A DNA stretch of 56,945 nt, filler included, from Asterionella formosa (taxonomy: Eukaryota), in assembly GCA_002256025.1 (NCBI GenBank). It is 5 parts of 5 records of this genome, joined end to end, with 100 filler letters (N's around TTAATTAATTAA, not from the genome) between each part and the next. Parts side by side here need not be neighbours in the genome. Positions count along the whole stretch, not along the records: positions 45,658 to 56,945 come from NKIB01008630.1; 4 more parts are not named here. One strand, given 5' to 3'. Made by a program: the position numbers and the translations under genes. Positions within the stretch are counted from its first letter, which is position 1. Each line of letters begins with the position of its first letter. The notes under the pieces are model-generated. The model was not told the origin of the DNA. It made no database searches and saw only the letters and a list, made by a program, of their open reading frames with translations. Shown here piece after piece: positions 45,845 through 56,945 of this stretch.

Positions 45845-48800
45845 AGAAAATAATTTTTGTAGTATTAACGGAGTAAAAATAAACACGGTTTGGGGGGGAA
45901 AATATATACATGTACAGATAGAATAATATGCACTGTAAGCCACCGCTATGCAATAATCTTAGTGACTTTGGAAAAATTATTTCTTCATGGCTAGATACAC
46001 TGAATCAAAACTGATTCCTTAATAGTATAGCAGAGAGCATTGTCTAACATAAGCTTTGTACTTGCGTCAAGTTTTGATCGTTGAATTACATAAATATTTT
46101 TAGTCGAAAGATAGAGTAAAATAGCGGTGGCTTACAGTTTTTAAGTGGTACCGCCAAAAAACTGAGAGTCATACAAACTTTCAGTTTTGTACTGATATAG
46201 TCATAACAAAACGGGTTAATCACATGGTTTGAGACGAATATTTGTAATATTATAAATCTGTATTAGACAAAGTTCTTCCTGTGGCTGCCTATAAGGAACA
46301 GCATTGTTCGTACTTGAACACTGCAATCTTGTGTATCAGTTCTTTAATTATAGTAGCCCAAAATTGGCTGTCAACGGTTTTTGGTCCAAATCGGTTTTAC
46401 CCCATTGAGCCTTCATGACTTTTTCAACACATTGGAGAAGCTGAAGCTACATAAATAATTAGCTTGTTTCATGACTTTTCCGCATCATTATTATGGCATG
46501 TTTGCACCATTACAATTAAGTTGTGCACCATACTAACTCATTTATTTAGAGTTGTTTAAGTGGCTGCCAGTGCGCCAATAATAAATATTATAACCTAGTG
46601 GTACCTGGTACTGGCATGATGATAGACTACTTCTAGTAAACCAGCACTGTGGCTGGTATGTATGACATAAAAACAAGCCTACATATCCAACTTGTAAGTC
46701 TCATAATATACAATGATTTGCAGAGTCAGCATTGAGACACTAAAGTCATCATGTTGGCAGACCAAGGAATGCTAACTCCTCATGAAACGGAAATTGAGCA
46801 GCTAAACCTCAACAATGTAATTCGAGAGTTAGAAGCTATCAAGGCTAACAACGGAGGTAAAATGCCATATGGCACTGTTTCTAAAGTGGTGGAGGCTAGG
46901 AAAAGATTGCTCCCATGGCTATCAATTAACCATGTCAAGTAACTACGAGATGAGGGAGAACAAGAAATTATCTAATGAGATTTACTCAAGTACTACTACA
47001 TCGACCAGCACGTTCTCAGCTGCTATGGGTAGATATGACACGACCTCATCCTCTCTGACTTTTGCTTCCCTTTCCACAATGTTGACCAGTGACTTTAATG
47101 CTCCTAGGAATCTTGCCCCCACCATCACCAGCAATTATGTTTCCTCACCAGTAGCACCAGCAACCACCCCAGCAATTTATTTATTTTATTTGTTTCAAAC
47201 ACAGCAGGACGAGGAGGAGGGTGGTGGTGAGATATCATTTGATAGCCAGCAGCTAAATGAGCTGACAAGCGCAGAGCAGAATGACACACACAAAATTGAA
47301 CATACATGTGAGAATTTTGGTGAGGGCGAGATGAGAACAGCAGATGCAGAAGGCAGGCAGTGTTAGTCAAAAAACAAGCAACCAGCATAATAACTGGAGG
47401 ACGACGCACCAAAGGGTGTCACTGCAGCTGCTGTATGAGATGTTGGGCAACGACATGAAATTGCCACGAGGGAAATATGTGATTTGTATGCTGTTGCTCA
47501 AGAAAAATTCAAAGATGCCAACAGGCGAGTAAAAAATTGAACACTTGCGATGATCATAACAGAAGCAAAGGCAGGGATTGGGCTTCCAGAAGAACTTTCA
47601 TGAATAGAAGCACAATTGTCAACAGAGTCTCACAAAAAATGGGACACCAACATGGAAGGGTAAGCCCAATGCTTGCAATAGAACTGTACATGGTTGAATT
47701 GATTCATCAACTTGACCAAATGCGAAATCCTATATCTGTCAGTGATGGTCTTTGACTTGCTTGCCAACTCCCTAATATCTGGAACTAAAATAGGAGACAG
47801 CGTCAATTGATGGAGACAAACTCATTCTTCTGCATACCGATCTCAGAGAAATCCGAAAGTTGGAATGGGTTACTGGAGAGGGCTCATGAAAAGGCTGGGA
47901 GAGGGCTCATGAAAAGGAACAAAGGGATAGTGACCGCTAAACGAGGTGTCGAATTTGAGCGGATTGGTGCACTTACAATAATTTTGAAGCAATGTATGAG
48001 CAAGTGTACAAGGAGATGGTTGTGGGAGGGATTGACTCCAGGCAAAGTATAATTTGAGTCATCCTGACCGGCTGCTTTTCTTTTGTTGACGAGGTGCAAT
48101 CAAACACATCTCAAACTAAAGATTGGCAGTGTGGAGGGAGAGTTATTTCTCTGTGGAAAGGGTGAGCAAGCACAGCAAAGATCGGCACATGAAGATGCAC
48201 ACTTTACCGTGGTTCTTGGGTTTGCAGCTGCAAATGGGAATCCAATTATGTGTGCCATCATTTTTGCTGCTAAGACTCTCGAAGATGAATGGGTACTTGG
48301 TCTTGATCCATTTGCAGAGTGGGTTGGAGATGAAAATAGCTTGTTAGCGAACAGTGGAAAGAACAAAAGGTACCCCCAAGGACCAGGCAGTGTGCACAGT
48401 TGATGGAGTCAACTTTCCTACTTACTGTTGTGCCTCTGAAAATGGAAGTATCACAGCAGAGCTACTTGTTGGAATGCTTTCACACATGGACAAAAACGGA
48501 ATGTTTGCACAGGGCACTGGCCCACCACCTTTCTTAATTCTTGATGGTCACGGAAGCCGTTTTGACTTGCTCTTTCTTGAACACATCAATAATCCTGAGC
48601 ACAATTGGAATTTCTGCATTGGTGTTCCATACGGGACCTCCTACTGGCTACTAGCCAGTAGGCGGAAGCGGAGCGAGGTGGAGAAGCAAACAAGCAATCA
48701 ATCAACACATTCTCGCTTGGCTGACATCTATCAAAGTAGTTATACCAAACCAGTAGCCTGAGGATGTGAGTAGAACACTAATTAGTGACAAACGTAAATA

Positions 48801-49595
48801 ATCCCTTTATAAATCTATATCAAACCATTATCAAAACGAACGAAAGTAAGATTATCGAAACAAAAACTGATATAATATTTGAGTTAAAAACGCATTATTT
48901 TTTAGGGTTAAAAAAAAAGAAAACAATTAATAAAAAAGGGGTAGATGATGCAACGGACAAATAATATTGTGGCAGGAAAAATGAGTGAACAATATGGTAA
49001 TCGAAACCAGAATTTGAATATATAATTGTCTTCAGGTAAGTAGTAAAAAATATGTATTGATAGTCATACAAAACGACCATAATCATCAACTTTAAAAACT
49101 TCATATCTATTGAATTATGAATCTTCATAACTAATGAAACAGACCTATTCAAAGCGCAGAGCCTGTTCTACATTCCTTAGCTACGTACTTGATTTGTTGT
49201 CACCATGTAATTTGACTAAAATATTTTAAGTCGAAACGTGGGGTAAGCTTTTAGACTTGTGTTAATCCCTGGGAATGATGTACCAGGGTACCAGGTACCA
49301 CCCAAAAACTGAGAGTCAACGTTTCAGTACTCCTTCTTTCGACTAAAATTATCGAAGTTTCTTTTAAATGACATAATTCGAACCAAGTACAAACTTTATT
49401 ATAGAATGGGGCTAGCTATGATTTAAGCAGTTGTAAAGTATAACATCCAGTTATGGGGATCTAAGCCATAGCTTTACCCATTTGGACTCATAAAGTTAAC
49501 TCTCAGTACATATTTTTTAATCTATACATATAGATTTTTTACCCCCCAAACCGTGCTTTTTAAACTCGATTGTTACCACAAAAACTATTTTCCAT
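45845..49595 (+). mobile_element. Decayed pogo-like (Tc1/mariner, DDE_1) transposon with imperfect inverted ends
   Basis: Transposase pieces at 46751-48660: HTH-like SPMLAIELYMVELIHQL, HFTVVLGFAAANGNPIMCAIIF, SENGSITAELL, PFLILDGHGSRF, CIGVPYGTSYW. CACGGTTTGGGGGG.AAAA near 45884 is inverted near 49535-49555. Confidence 0.8.
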
Positions 49596-50489
49596 TTCTT
49601 TTGTTGATCCTATCATTAGCGGCACTAGCTACCGGTGCCAGGTACCAGGGTTTTAAGTGCCGATCATAACAGCACTGGTAGCAAATTCGTCAAGTAGCTA
49701 TTCGTTCGGACCTCGCATATCAATCACTTCAAGTTCTCATCTGTCCGGTGGTCTTCCTCTTGTTTCAATTCATTTCATGGGTGATTTTTGTGATTTCATG
49801 ACAATTCCTTGTTGTATGTAGTGTTTCAGGTAGTCTCGCTGAGAGGTCGCAGCTGATGTTCTCAATTTAGGTAGAGGAGAATGCAAAATGACATCGTTAT
49901 ATATTTTACACTAGCAAAAAAATCTATTCGGTCACTAAATGAATCTACCGACAGAAATACTTTCTATTACCTGTATACATATATAAAAGGTGATGCCAGC
50001 TGAATAGAGTAAAAATTTATATAGATTTCTATTCCATTTCTCGTCGACAGCAACCTTTGGGACCAAATACGGAAGTAACGCTAGCTATTTGACGACGTGA
50101 ATTTACTTGATTTAGCGTTGACTCTCAGTTCAAAATCTTCCAAACATTGACTCTCAGTTTTTAGGTGGTTCCAGGTACTAAGTGTTGCAATAATCGAACG
50201 ACAGCCATAGAACATATCGGTAGTCATAACATTGTAGCTCACCTTTGTTAATGACAAGGTTCCCCTCAATAACCTGCACCTATCATAGATCATAGGTATA
50301 CCGGTATATGTACCACCGTACATGGTTGCACTTACACTGGAAGTATCACACCAGTAAGCACAATAGTATGCTGCCTTTTTTCAAGGTAGACAATTTGTAT
50401 CTGTAATATCTCTCTAAGGTACAAGTCAACAGTATAAAGCTAGTTGGTTTCAAAATCATTATTTCTTGCATTTTATCATGTTTATATCG

Positions 50490-51610
50490 AATCTAGCAAC
50501 CATAATACATTTGAAAATTCTGAATAAAATTAAATTGTGATAGTCCAGCCAGCCACCTCGATTGTTGATTGCTACACTTGGTGGACTTGCTGTAGAGCCA
50601 CTCGATGCATATGTTGTTGCACCCTTTCTGATGCTGTGAATACCAATATCCTCCACCTCATATCCATCTAGATCGCCTTCATGTCCATGTAGCAACCTCT
50701 TGATAATTTTTCTGAATCAATCCTCCTGCTCTACACCAGGAAAAAATAGACCATCTGTATCTTGTAGAATTTTTGGGAAGCATATCATGTACTCAAACAA
50801 TGCAGTTATTGGGCACAATGCAAAATCTTCAGGGTTGGTGTAGCAGTGTTGGGGCTTGAAATTCTTAGAGCCATCTTGATCAGGTTTTGCATGAGAAAAT
50901 CGAGTCCCCACAGCATCTTGATTCCAAACCATATGCTTGATACAGACACCGCCATCAGTACTATCAACAAGGCAAATCAAATTCCAAGTTAGACATAAAA
51001 ATGCACGTGCAAAAACAGGTGATGGAGAGCCATCTTCAATCAGCCATATGTTATTTTTCGGTACAGGTTGATTGTCAATTCACATTTTGCCTCCTCAAGG
51101 CTAACCATGATCCCATCTTGTTTTGCCTTACTTGCAATCTATTTGATGCCAGCAATGAGATCTTTCAGCTCATCATAAAAGTCGTCTATAACCTTCTTCT
51201 TATACTTCTTAAACAAGTTGTAAAGTGTTTCCTTCTTGTTTTTATACATCTTCTGACTAAGTATACAGCCTGGCACTGGATTACTGAGGTTCCCAACAAG
51301 ATACTTTGCGAAGTCTGTAGGCTTTAAGTCCTCAAATTTACTTGGATGCAATCCTGTATAGACTTCCCTTTCAAAAAAACTGCATATCCCTGATCTTGCT
51401 TTCTTCAATCAAATGTGAATGTTGTCGATATCATCAGTGATATATCTGATTTGCGCTAGCATCTCTGGTCCTAGTAGCTGGTCCTCATGTTTATATGGAT
51501 GTAACTGCAGAAAGACTTCATGTTCAGACTGGTGCCGGCTCATTGTTGATTTTGCTCTTGTGTTCCCTCTCATATTTGCTAAATTCATGAGCTGTAAGGA
51601 CTTCATTTTA
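50490..51610 (-). mobile_element. Crypton-type tyrosine recombinase remnant
   Basis: FLCLTWNLIC..., FSHAKPDQDG, HCYTNP...CPITAL, DIGIHSIRKGATTYASSG...RGGW; several stops; truncated before the catalytic Tyr. Confidence 0.8.
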
Positions 51611-53699
51611 TTTGCTTCCTTCTTCTGCCTTATTTGTCAATCTCTGGTGGCAAAATGCTATCCATGATATTTACATGCGCAAGCACTACTATGCCCTCCT
51701 CTTGTCCTTGATTGGAATCATGTCTCCTCTTCTCATTTTTTTGTAGTTGCTGTTGCAATGCAGTTGCATCATCTGGATCCATCAGGGCGCGACCGAACTT
51801 TTCATGGCAATCGAAGCATGTGTCGTTGTTTTGAACTGAATATCTGCTTCTTCATGCAAATGAGCGACCGCAAAGAGCATGAATGCTATACCCACATCCA
51901 GGGCAGTTATGTGCAGTTGACCTTGGTAGCTTCTTCACCATGCATCTCTTGATGTTGCAGTGGGCATATTGTTGATTGTTGTTGTTCTCAATTGATGTTC
52001 ATAATTGGCTGAGTCGGAACCCCTAGTACTACCGGTATAGCTATTAGCAGTAGCTTATCATGCATGTACTGTCAACGTGAATCCTACGATGGTACAAAAT
52101 TGAACGCCGTTCATACATGTTTTCGGGTCGAAGTCTCCCCAAAAAGCCGCTGCCGATGGGGCCGCATAAAATATACGTCTTAAAAGCCAGAGGGGAACAA
52201 ACGTCAGCGCGGAAAAAAGGGGAGAATTTCTCCTCAAAAATGTAGGAGGATCTCCTAGATTCTCCCCATTTTTCCACAATTCTGGATGTTCAGCAATATC
52301 AATCAAGCCTCCTTGCGTGCTGAAAAGCTAAGGAGGTCTGAAAATGTTTACGAAATCTGGGGAGCTCGACGAAAAGAAATGGGAAGCTGGCAAGCATCAG
52401 CAGACCGAAGGTACTAAGCTATGATGGATTGTACCCGAGGCAATCCAGTAAGTATATACCTCACAACTTGTCGTTCTGAAGAGTTTCCTTCAAGTCGAAT
52501 TGTTAATTGTTGAACCTCCATCACTAAGGTTGGCGAGAAAGCACTCGCTGATCAGGCTTTACTTGCCCGGTCGTCATTGGTATTGAGAGAATAAACCCGG
52601 GCGGGGGGCGGGGGCACAACCAGATACCTTTCCAATTGTATTGTCAGGTGACAAAAGATGCTCGTTTGAACTTGTTTGGTCAAGATCATATGTGATCAAG
52701 GTTTCGCCTTGGGAGAAAAGTGGTGGGACTTTTGCCCCATATTTCTACTGCTCTCTGTTTGGGTTGCATATCAACCTGACAGTGTAAGACAGGCAAATGT
52801 TCTTCCAACAAGGTTGGGTCCATGTCAGCAGTTACGGATTAAGATTACTAAGGCTAGGTGAAAAAAGGAAATAGAAAAGGCCCCATCATATGGATGATAT
52901 TGTGAGGAGTCAAAGAGTACTTAACTTATTGCAATAAGTAAATTAAACAATGTAGAAAACCGCCCCCCCCTAAAGAGAATAATTTATGGACAACCCTCAG
53001 GCATGATCTTGTTGATGTTTTAATCATAGTACGTACCCTGCTAGAAAATGGGTTACCAGGTACTCCCTCTGTTCAATAACAGTTTCATCAATAATTCAAA
53101 TTTATCCAGAGCCATTTTGACTTCTACAATTTTCTCCGCCTCAATTGCCTTATTATGCGGCTTGCTCTAAGCTACGAATCCATGAATAAAAATATATAGA
53201 AAGATTAAAATTGGAAACTACATCTGAAAAAAAGGGTATTTGCCTTTTTCGACTTCATTTTTGCACATCTCAAGAAAAATGCAGACCCCTGACCCCCCTT
53301 TTTTCTTGCCACCGTCTCTTCTCAACAAGCATAGGAGAAAGGATCTAACACGAGAAGAACGTCAATTTGTTTTGGATTATGGTTTAAGGACTTGCATGCC
53401 GGGTTGTTGCAACAAATTGACAGGTCTATCATGGTTGCTCTTGCTAAGAATGTTAACAAACAATACAGCTACTATTGTGAATCAAAGAGCAGTAGACGCA
53501 TTGATAACACAACTTTAAAGTCTATATTTGTTATTTAAATTTCTACTAACAATTAGAGTGAAAAGTTTGTCTTCCTAGCGACCCCAGGAGTCTAACCCTA
53601 GTTTGTAGAAAACACTGCCAGGGTTGCAAAAACGGCAGGGAACAAGGAGTTTGCTTCTCTGAATTCCCATGAATCGAGTGTCCATTCGAATATTGAATT

Positions 53700-54273
53700 A
53701 TGATGGGCAATATTGGACCTTTGGCAATTTTCGAGGTGAAGATAGGAAATATAACACACATATTTTATATGATGGGCAATAGTAGGCTAAAATTGATATT
53801 TATGCTAAATTTGTGGGCAGGAGGTAAGCGAATGACCCGACGATAGCTAGAGCGGGAATTGCCTCAACAATACCCTTCTCAGCGGCTACTTGCCTTCGAG
53901 TATACATGTGTACTCGACTGCGCCACTTGTATGGTCAACCTACTTGCGCCACCCAGCCTCGAACACATGTATACTCGCAGGCAAGAGACCACCTCGGGCG
54001 TGTATTGCCTTGTACCCGGCGCTGAGAGAAGGTCACCCTACGAGTGCCATCCCAGTCGAGTACACATGTATACGAGAAGGCAAGTAGCCGCCGAGAAGGG
54101 TATTGTTGAGGCAATTCCCGCTCTAGCTATCGTCGCGTCATTCGCTTACCTACTGCCCACAAATTTAGCATAAATGTCAATTTTAGCCTACTATTGCCAA
54201 TCATGTAAATTATATTTTGGATATTTCCTATCTTCACCTCGAAAATTGCCAAAGGTCCGATATTGCCCATCAT
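53700..54273. repeat. Long inverted repeat (foldback): 221-bp arms, 132-bp spacer
   Basis: 53700-53920 is the reverse complement of 54053-54273 with scattered mismatches. Confidence 0.95.
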
Positions 54274-56753
54274 TACAATATATTTTGTATATTTCATATG
54301 TTTGCATTTTGGCAAGACAACAGACGCCAATTGCCCCTCGGTTTCCCAGCCCTGGGATTGCCGAAATCGGCAAGGGGTCTACTTAAGGGCATAGAGATGG
54401 TACAACAAGCGTAAAACACATGAGAATGATTGTAACATGCAACATCAATGAAAATTGAACATGATGTTTGGAGCAACCAAAGTATGAAATGCGATGTAAT
54501 AAGTGGCATCAAATGAGAAATAGAAAAAATTGTTTTGGGTTAGAAATGAAATAAAAAATAAGAGTTCCAATGGAGACGTATGCATTGTGAATCATTGTAG
54601 TACTTACACACCAGGCAACATTGACTTTCCATCACCACACAATCGAAGACCGAAAGAAGAAGAACAAAAGTTGAATCCAATGTAGACCAGCATCGTTATG
54701 TAGCGTAAATGGTATGGTTTCTGCAACCATGCGCATCGCTGTAGTAGCCTGACACCAGTAGCAGTATTTCCGCCACAGTCATTCCTCTCCACCGCCCACC
54801 AAACAAGCAACCCTGATCATTCCATTCTGAGCAAGCGTGATCGCCACGCTGCTCCAGCACTGCTATTGACTCTCTCTAGCTGATTATTCATGTAGCTTCT
54901 GATACGAACTCGTAGTAGAAATGTCGTAGCAAAGCGCGTTAGTACAAGAAAAGCATTGCTTGGCGGCAATATTGACATCATTGTCAACGTCTATACAAAT
55001 CAACAAATACGATCAGCAACGGCACAATACCACATCTTCAATGAGTAGTCATTGATAAATGCATTGGTTCTTATGTAGATATGTACAATCGAAACAAAAC
55101 AACAGTGCGTAACGACAAACAAACAATGGAAGCGATCAAAACAAACCACGGAAGCAATCAAATCGGAAAGTCGATAAATACGATCTACAATCCACATTCA
55201 GTATTTCACTGTTGTACTCACCGATCCGCTTCAACTAGCATATCAAGCACAAGACGATGGGATAAAAGAGAGACAAACGTTGCCTATTTCAAGCCTGAAT
55301 AGAGCAAAGGCAGGCAAGATAGAGTGAGAACTATATTTGTGAGGACGAAATCGGGCAAACGGTTCGTAAAATCAATGAATATATGAACGATATAATTCAA
55401 CATTTCAGGACTCGTAAAAATAATACCGAGTCTACAGAGATTATATTATTACGTGTTCAAAGTAAGCGTTAAAGCATAGCTTAAACCATGCATGGTTTTT
55501 TTAGTGCCACGTATGTATGTAGACTGGATGACTGCCGGCCGGTACCGGTAGAATATCCGTTAAGCATCATTACATACATGACCGGAGCAAAAACACCAAC
55601 ATCAGATGTATCGATATCATCGTTCGTCCGACGAAATATGGACGATGCGACTACATGAATACCTCGAGAAGACAAGCAATCCAACAATAAACCGCATCCG
55701 TTAGGCAAAGAATCGCTACTGGCGTCATCGCGGAACTGATTTCGCTTCAAACCGGTTATGATGGACGACGATTGGCATGGTGAAAAGTGAATTGCCGGAG
55801 TCCACTTTTCAGGAGACGAACAAACACGAGGTGAATTCTAGATATAAATTAATAGAATCTTTATAGTATATAAAATGGTTCATATTACCGATTTTCTGGT
55901 TGTCATGCTAAAATCGGCAATTTTATTGCCGAAAAATTCGATGTGCCCCATATTGCCCTTAAATAAAAATTACTTAGAGCCTATAAATTACTTAGAAGCA
56001 CCCGAATGGCAAGACGATAGCTGGATCGGGAATTGCCTTCAGAAGGACGCGCGACCGGAGTGTTTGGAAAATAAACCGCGAGGCCTGTGCACGATTCAGA
56101 AGGAATTTTCGATCTACATAGCGAGGATGTCCGGAGTTTCCCGTAACTCCCAGGTACCAGCAATTTGCGGTAATTTTGCTGAAAACTAATGATTTAGCTG
56201 TTTTTATCCTAGATGAAAATGTCTATTTAAGCAAAATGACCGCAACTTGGAGGCACCTCTGCTCTACGCAATGGATGAGAATACTTCCAACTTCGCTTGT
56301 ACAGTGTGGGCTCCAGCCGTCGGACTGCATCAGTTCCTGCTGTACTCGCTTAAATGACCGGTATATACAGCATATAAGAAGTGCGTGATCGTTCGTTGGT
56401 GTTCAGGTTGCACAGGCAAGAAGAACCAAATTCCCACCATTTTATGCAAAAATCATACAAGATATTCTTGCTCATGGCGTAAAATTATACGTGGTACAAG
56501 ATAGTGGTACGGACAATTGATTTCCTCATCGATCTGTCGGCTCCAAACATTTTGCTTCACGTGGTTTTTGGGAGAATCCCATTATTCGCAAACACCTATA
56601 ACGGGCAACAAACTCGGAGCCGAATCGTTTGGCAGCACCTACATAGAAATCATCCGAAGTATCAGCATCCCAAAGTCCTATACCACGGAAAGGGACGGAG
56701 AACATAATCGAAGCGCGAGCCATTCAAAGAGACCAGCATCATAGTGAAGCAAG

Positions 56754-56938
56754 ATGGATATTTTTGATGCAGCCAGTGAAACTTCTTTTGATGACTGCAG
56801 CTCTGCTCCAAATGGCGACGAAAGGCTGTCTCTTTTCAATATGAATTATACTGATGGCGAGTATGAAGGAGAATGGAATCAGTTTGGACAACGAGAAGGG
56901 CGCGGGATCATGACATATCTTGATCCCTCGTCTAGAGG
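56754..56938 (+). CDS. First exon of a MORN-repeat protein (partial)
   Basis: GEYEGEWNQFGQREGRGIMTY is a MORN motif; GTAAG donor at 56939; contig ends shortly after. Confidence 0.65.
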
Positions 56939-56945
56939 GTAAGGG

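Noticed and set aside
53859..54386. Similar short ORFs on both strands
   Set aside because: By-products of the inverted repeat; no coding signal.

Overview
Eukaryotic DNA, most likely from a diatom (inferred from GT-AG introns, CoDi-like Copia remnants, type II membrane LRR genes and TTAGGG repeats). The window is not one locus. It is five unrelated contigs of decreasing length (11329, 11322, 11306, 11300, 11288 bp) joined by artificial N44-TTAATTAATTAA-N44 spacers. Contig 1 holds head-to-head VPS8 and DDX41/abstrakt genes, then a PIF/Harbinger-type MITE. Contig 2 holds a Copia remnant split by nested insertions, whose probable 3' LTR abuts a 3-exon membrane LRR gene, followed by a collage of gene fragments (kinase, DUF6818-like, USP9/24/34-like, gag-like, RNI-LRR). 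Contig 3 holds nested Copia and Gypsy remnants and a Plavaka/CACTA-like element associated with a 2OG-Fe(II) dioxygenase and a Ulp1-like protease. Contig 4 holds a cytosolic RNI-LRR + IRAK/Pelle-like kinase gene, a MULE/SWIM remnant and a short paralog of the LRR gene. Contig 5 holds pogo and Crypton remnants, a 221-bp-arm foldback and the first exon of a MORN gene. Most interesting: the transposon-associated dioxygenase/protease module, the LRR paralogs that differ by exactly 14 repeat units in one exon, and the LRR-kinase. All family assignments come from motif recognition by eye; no searches were run.
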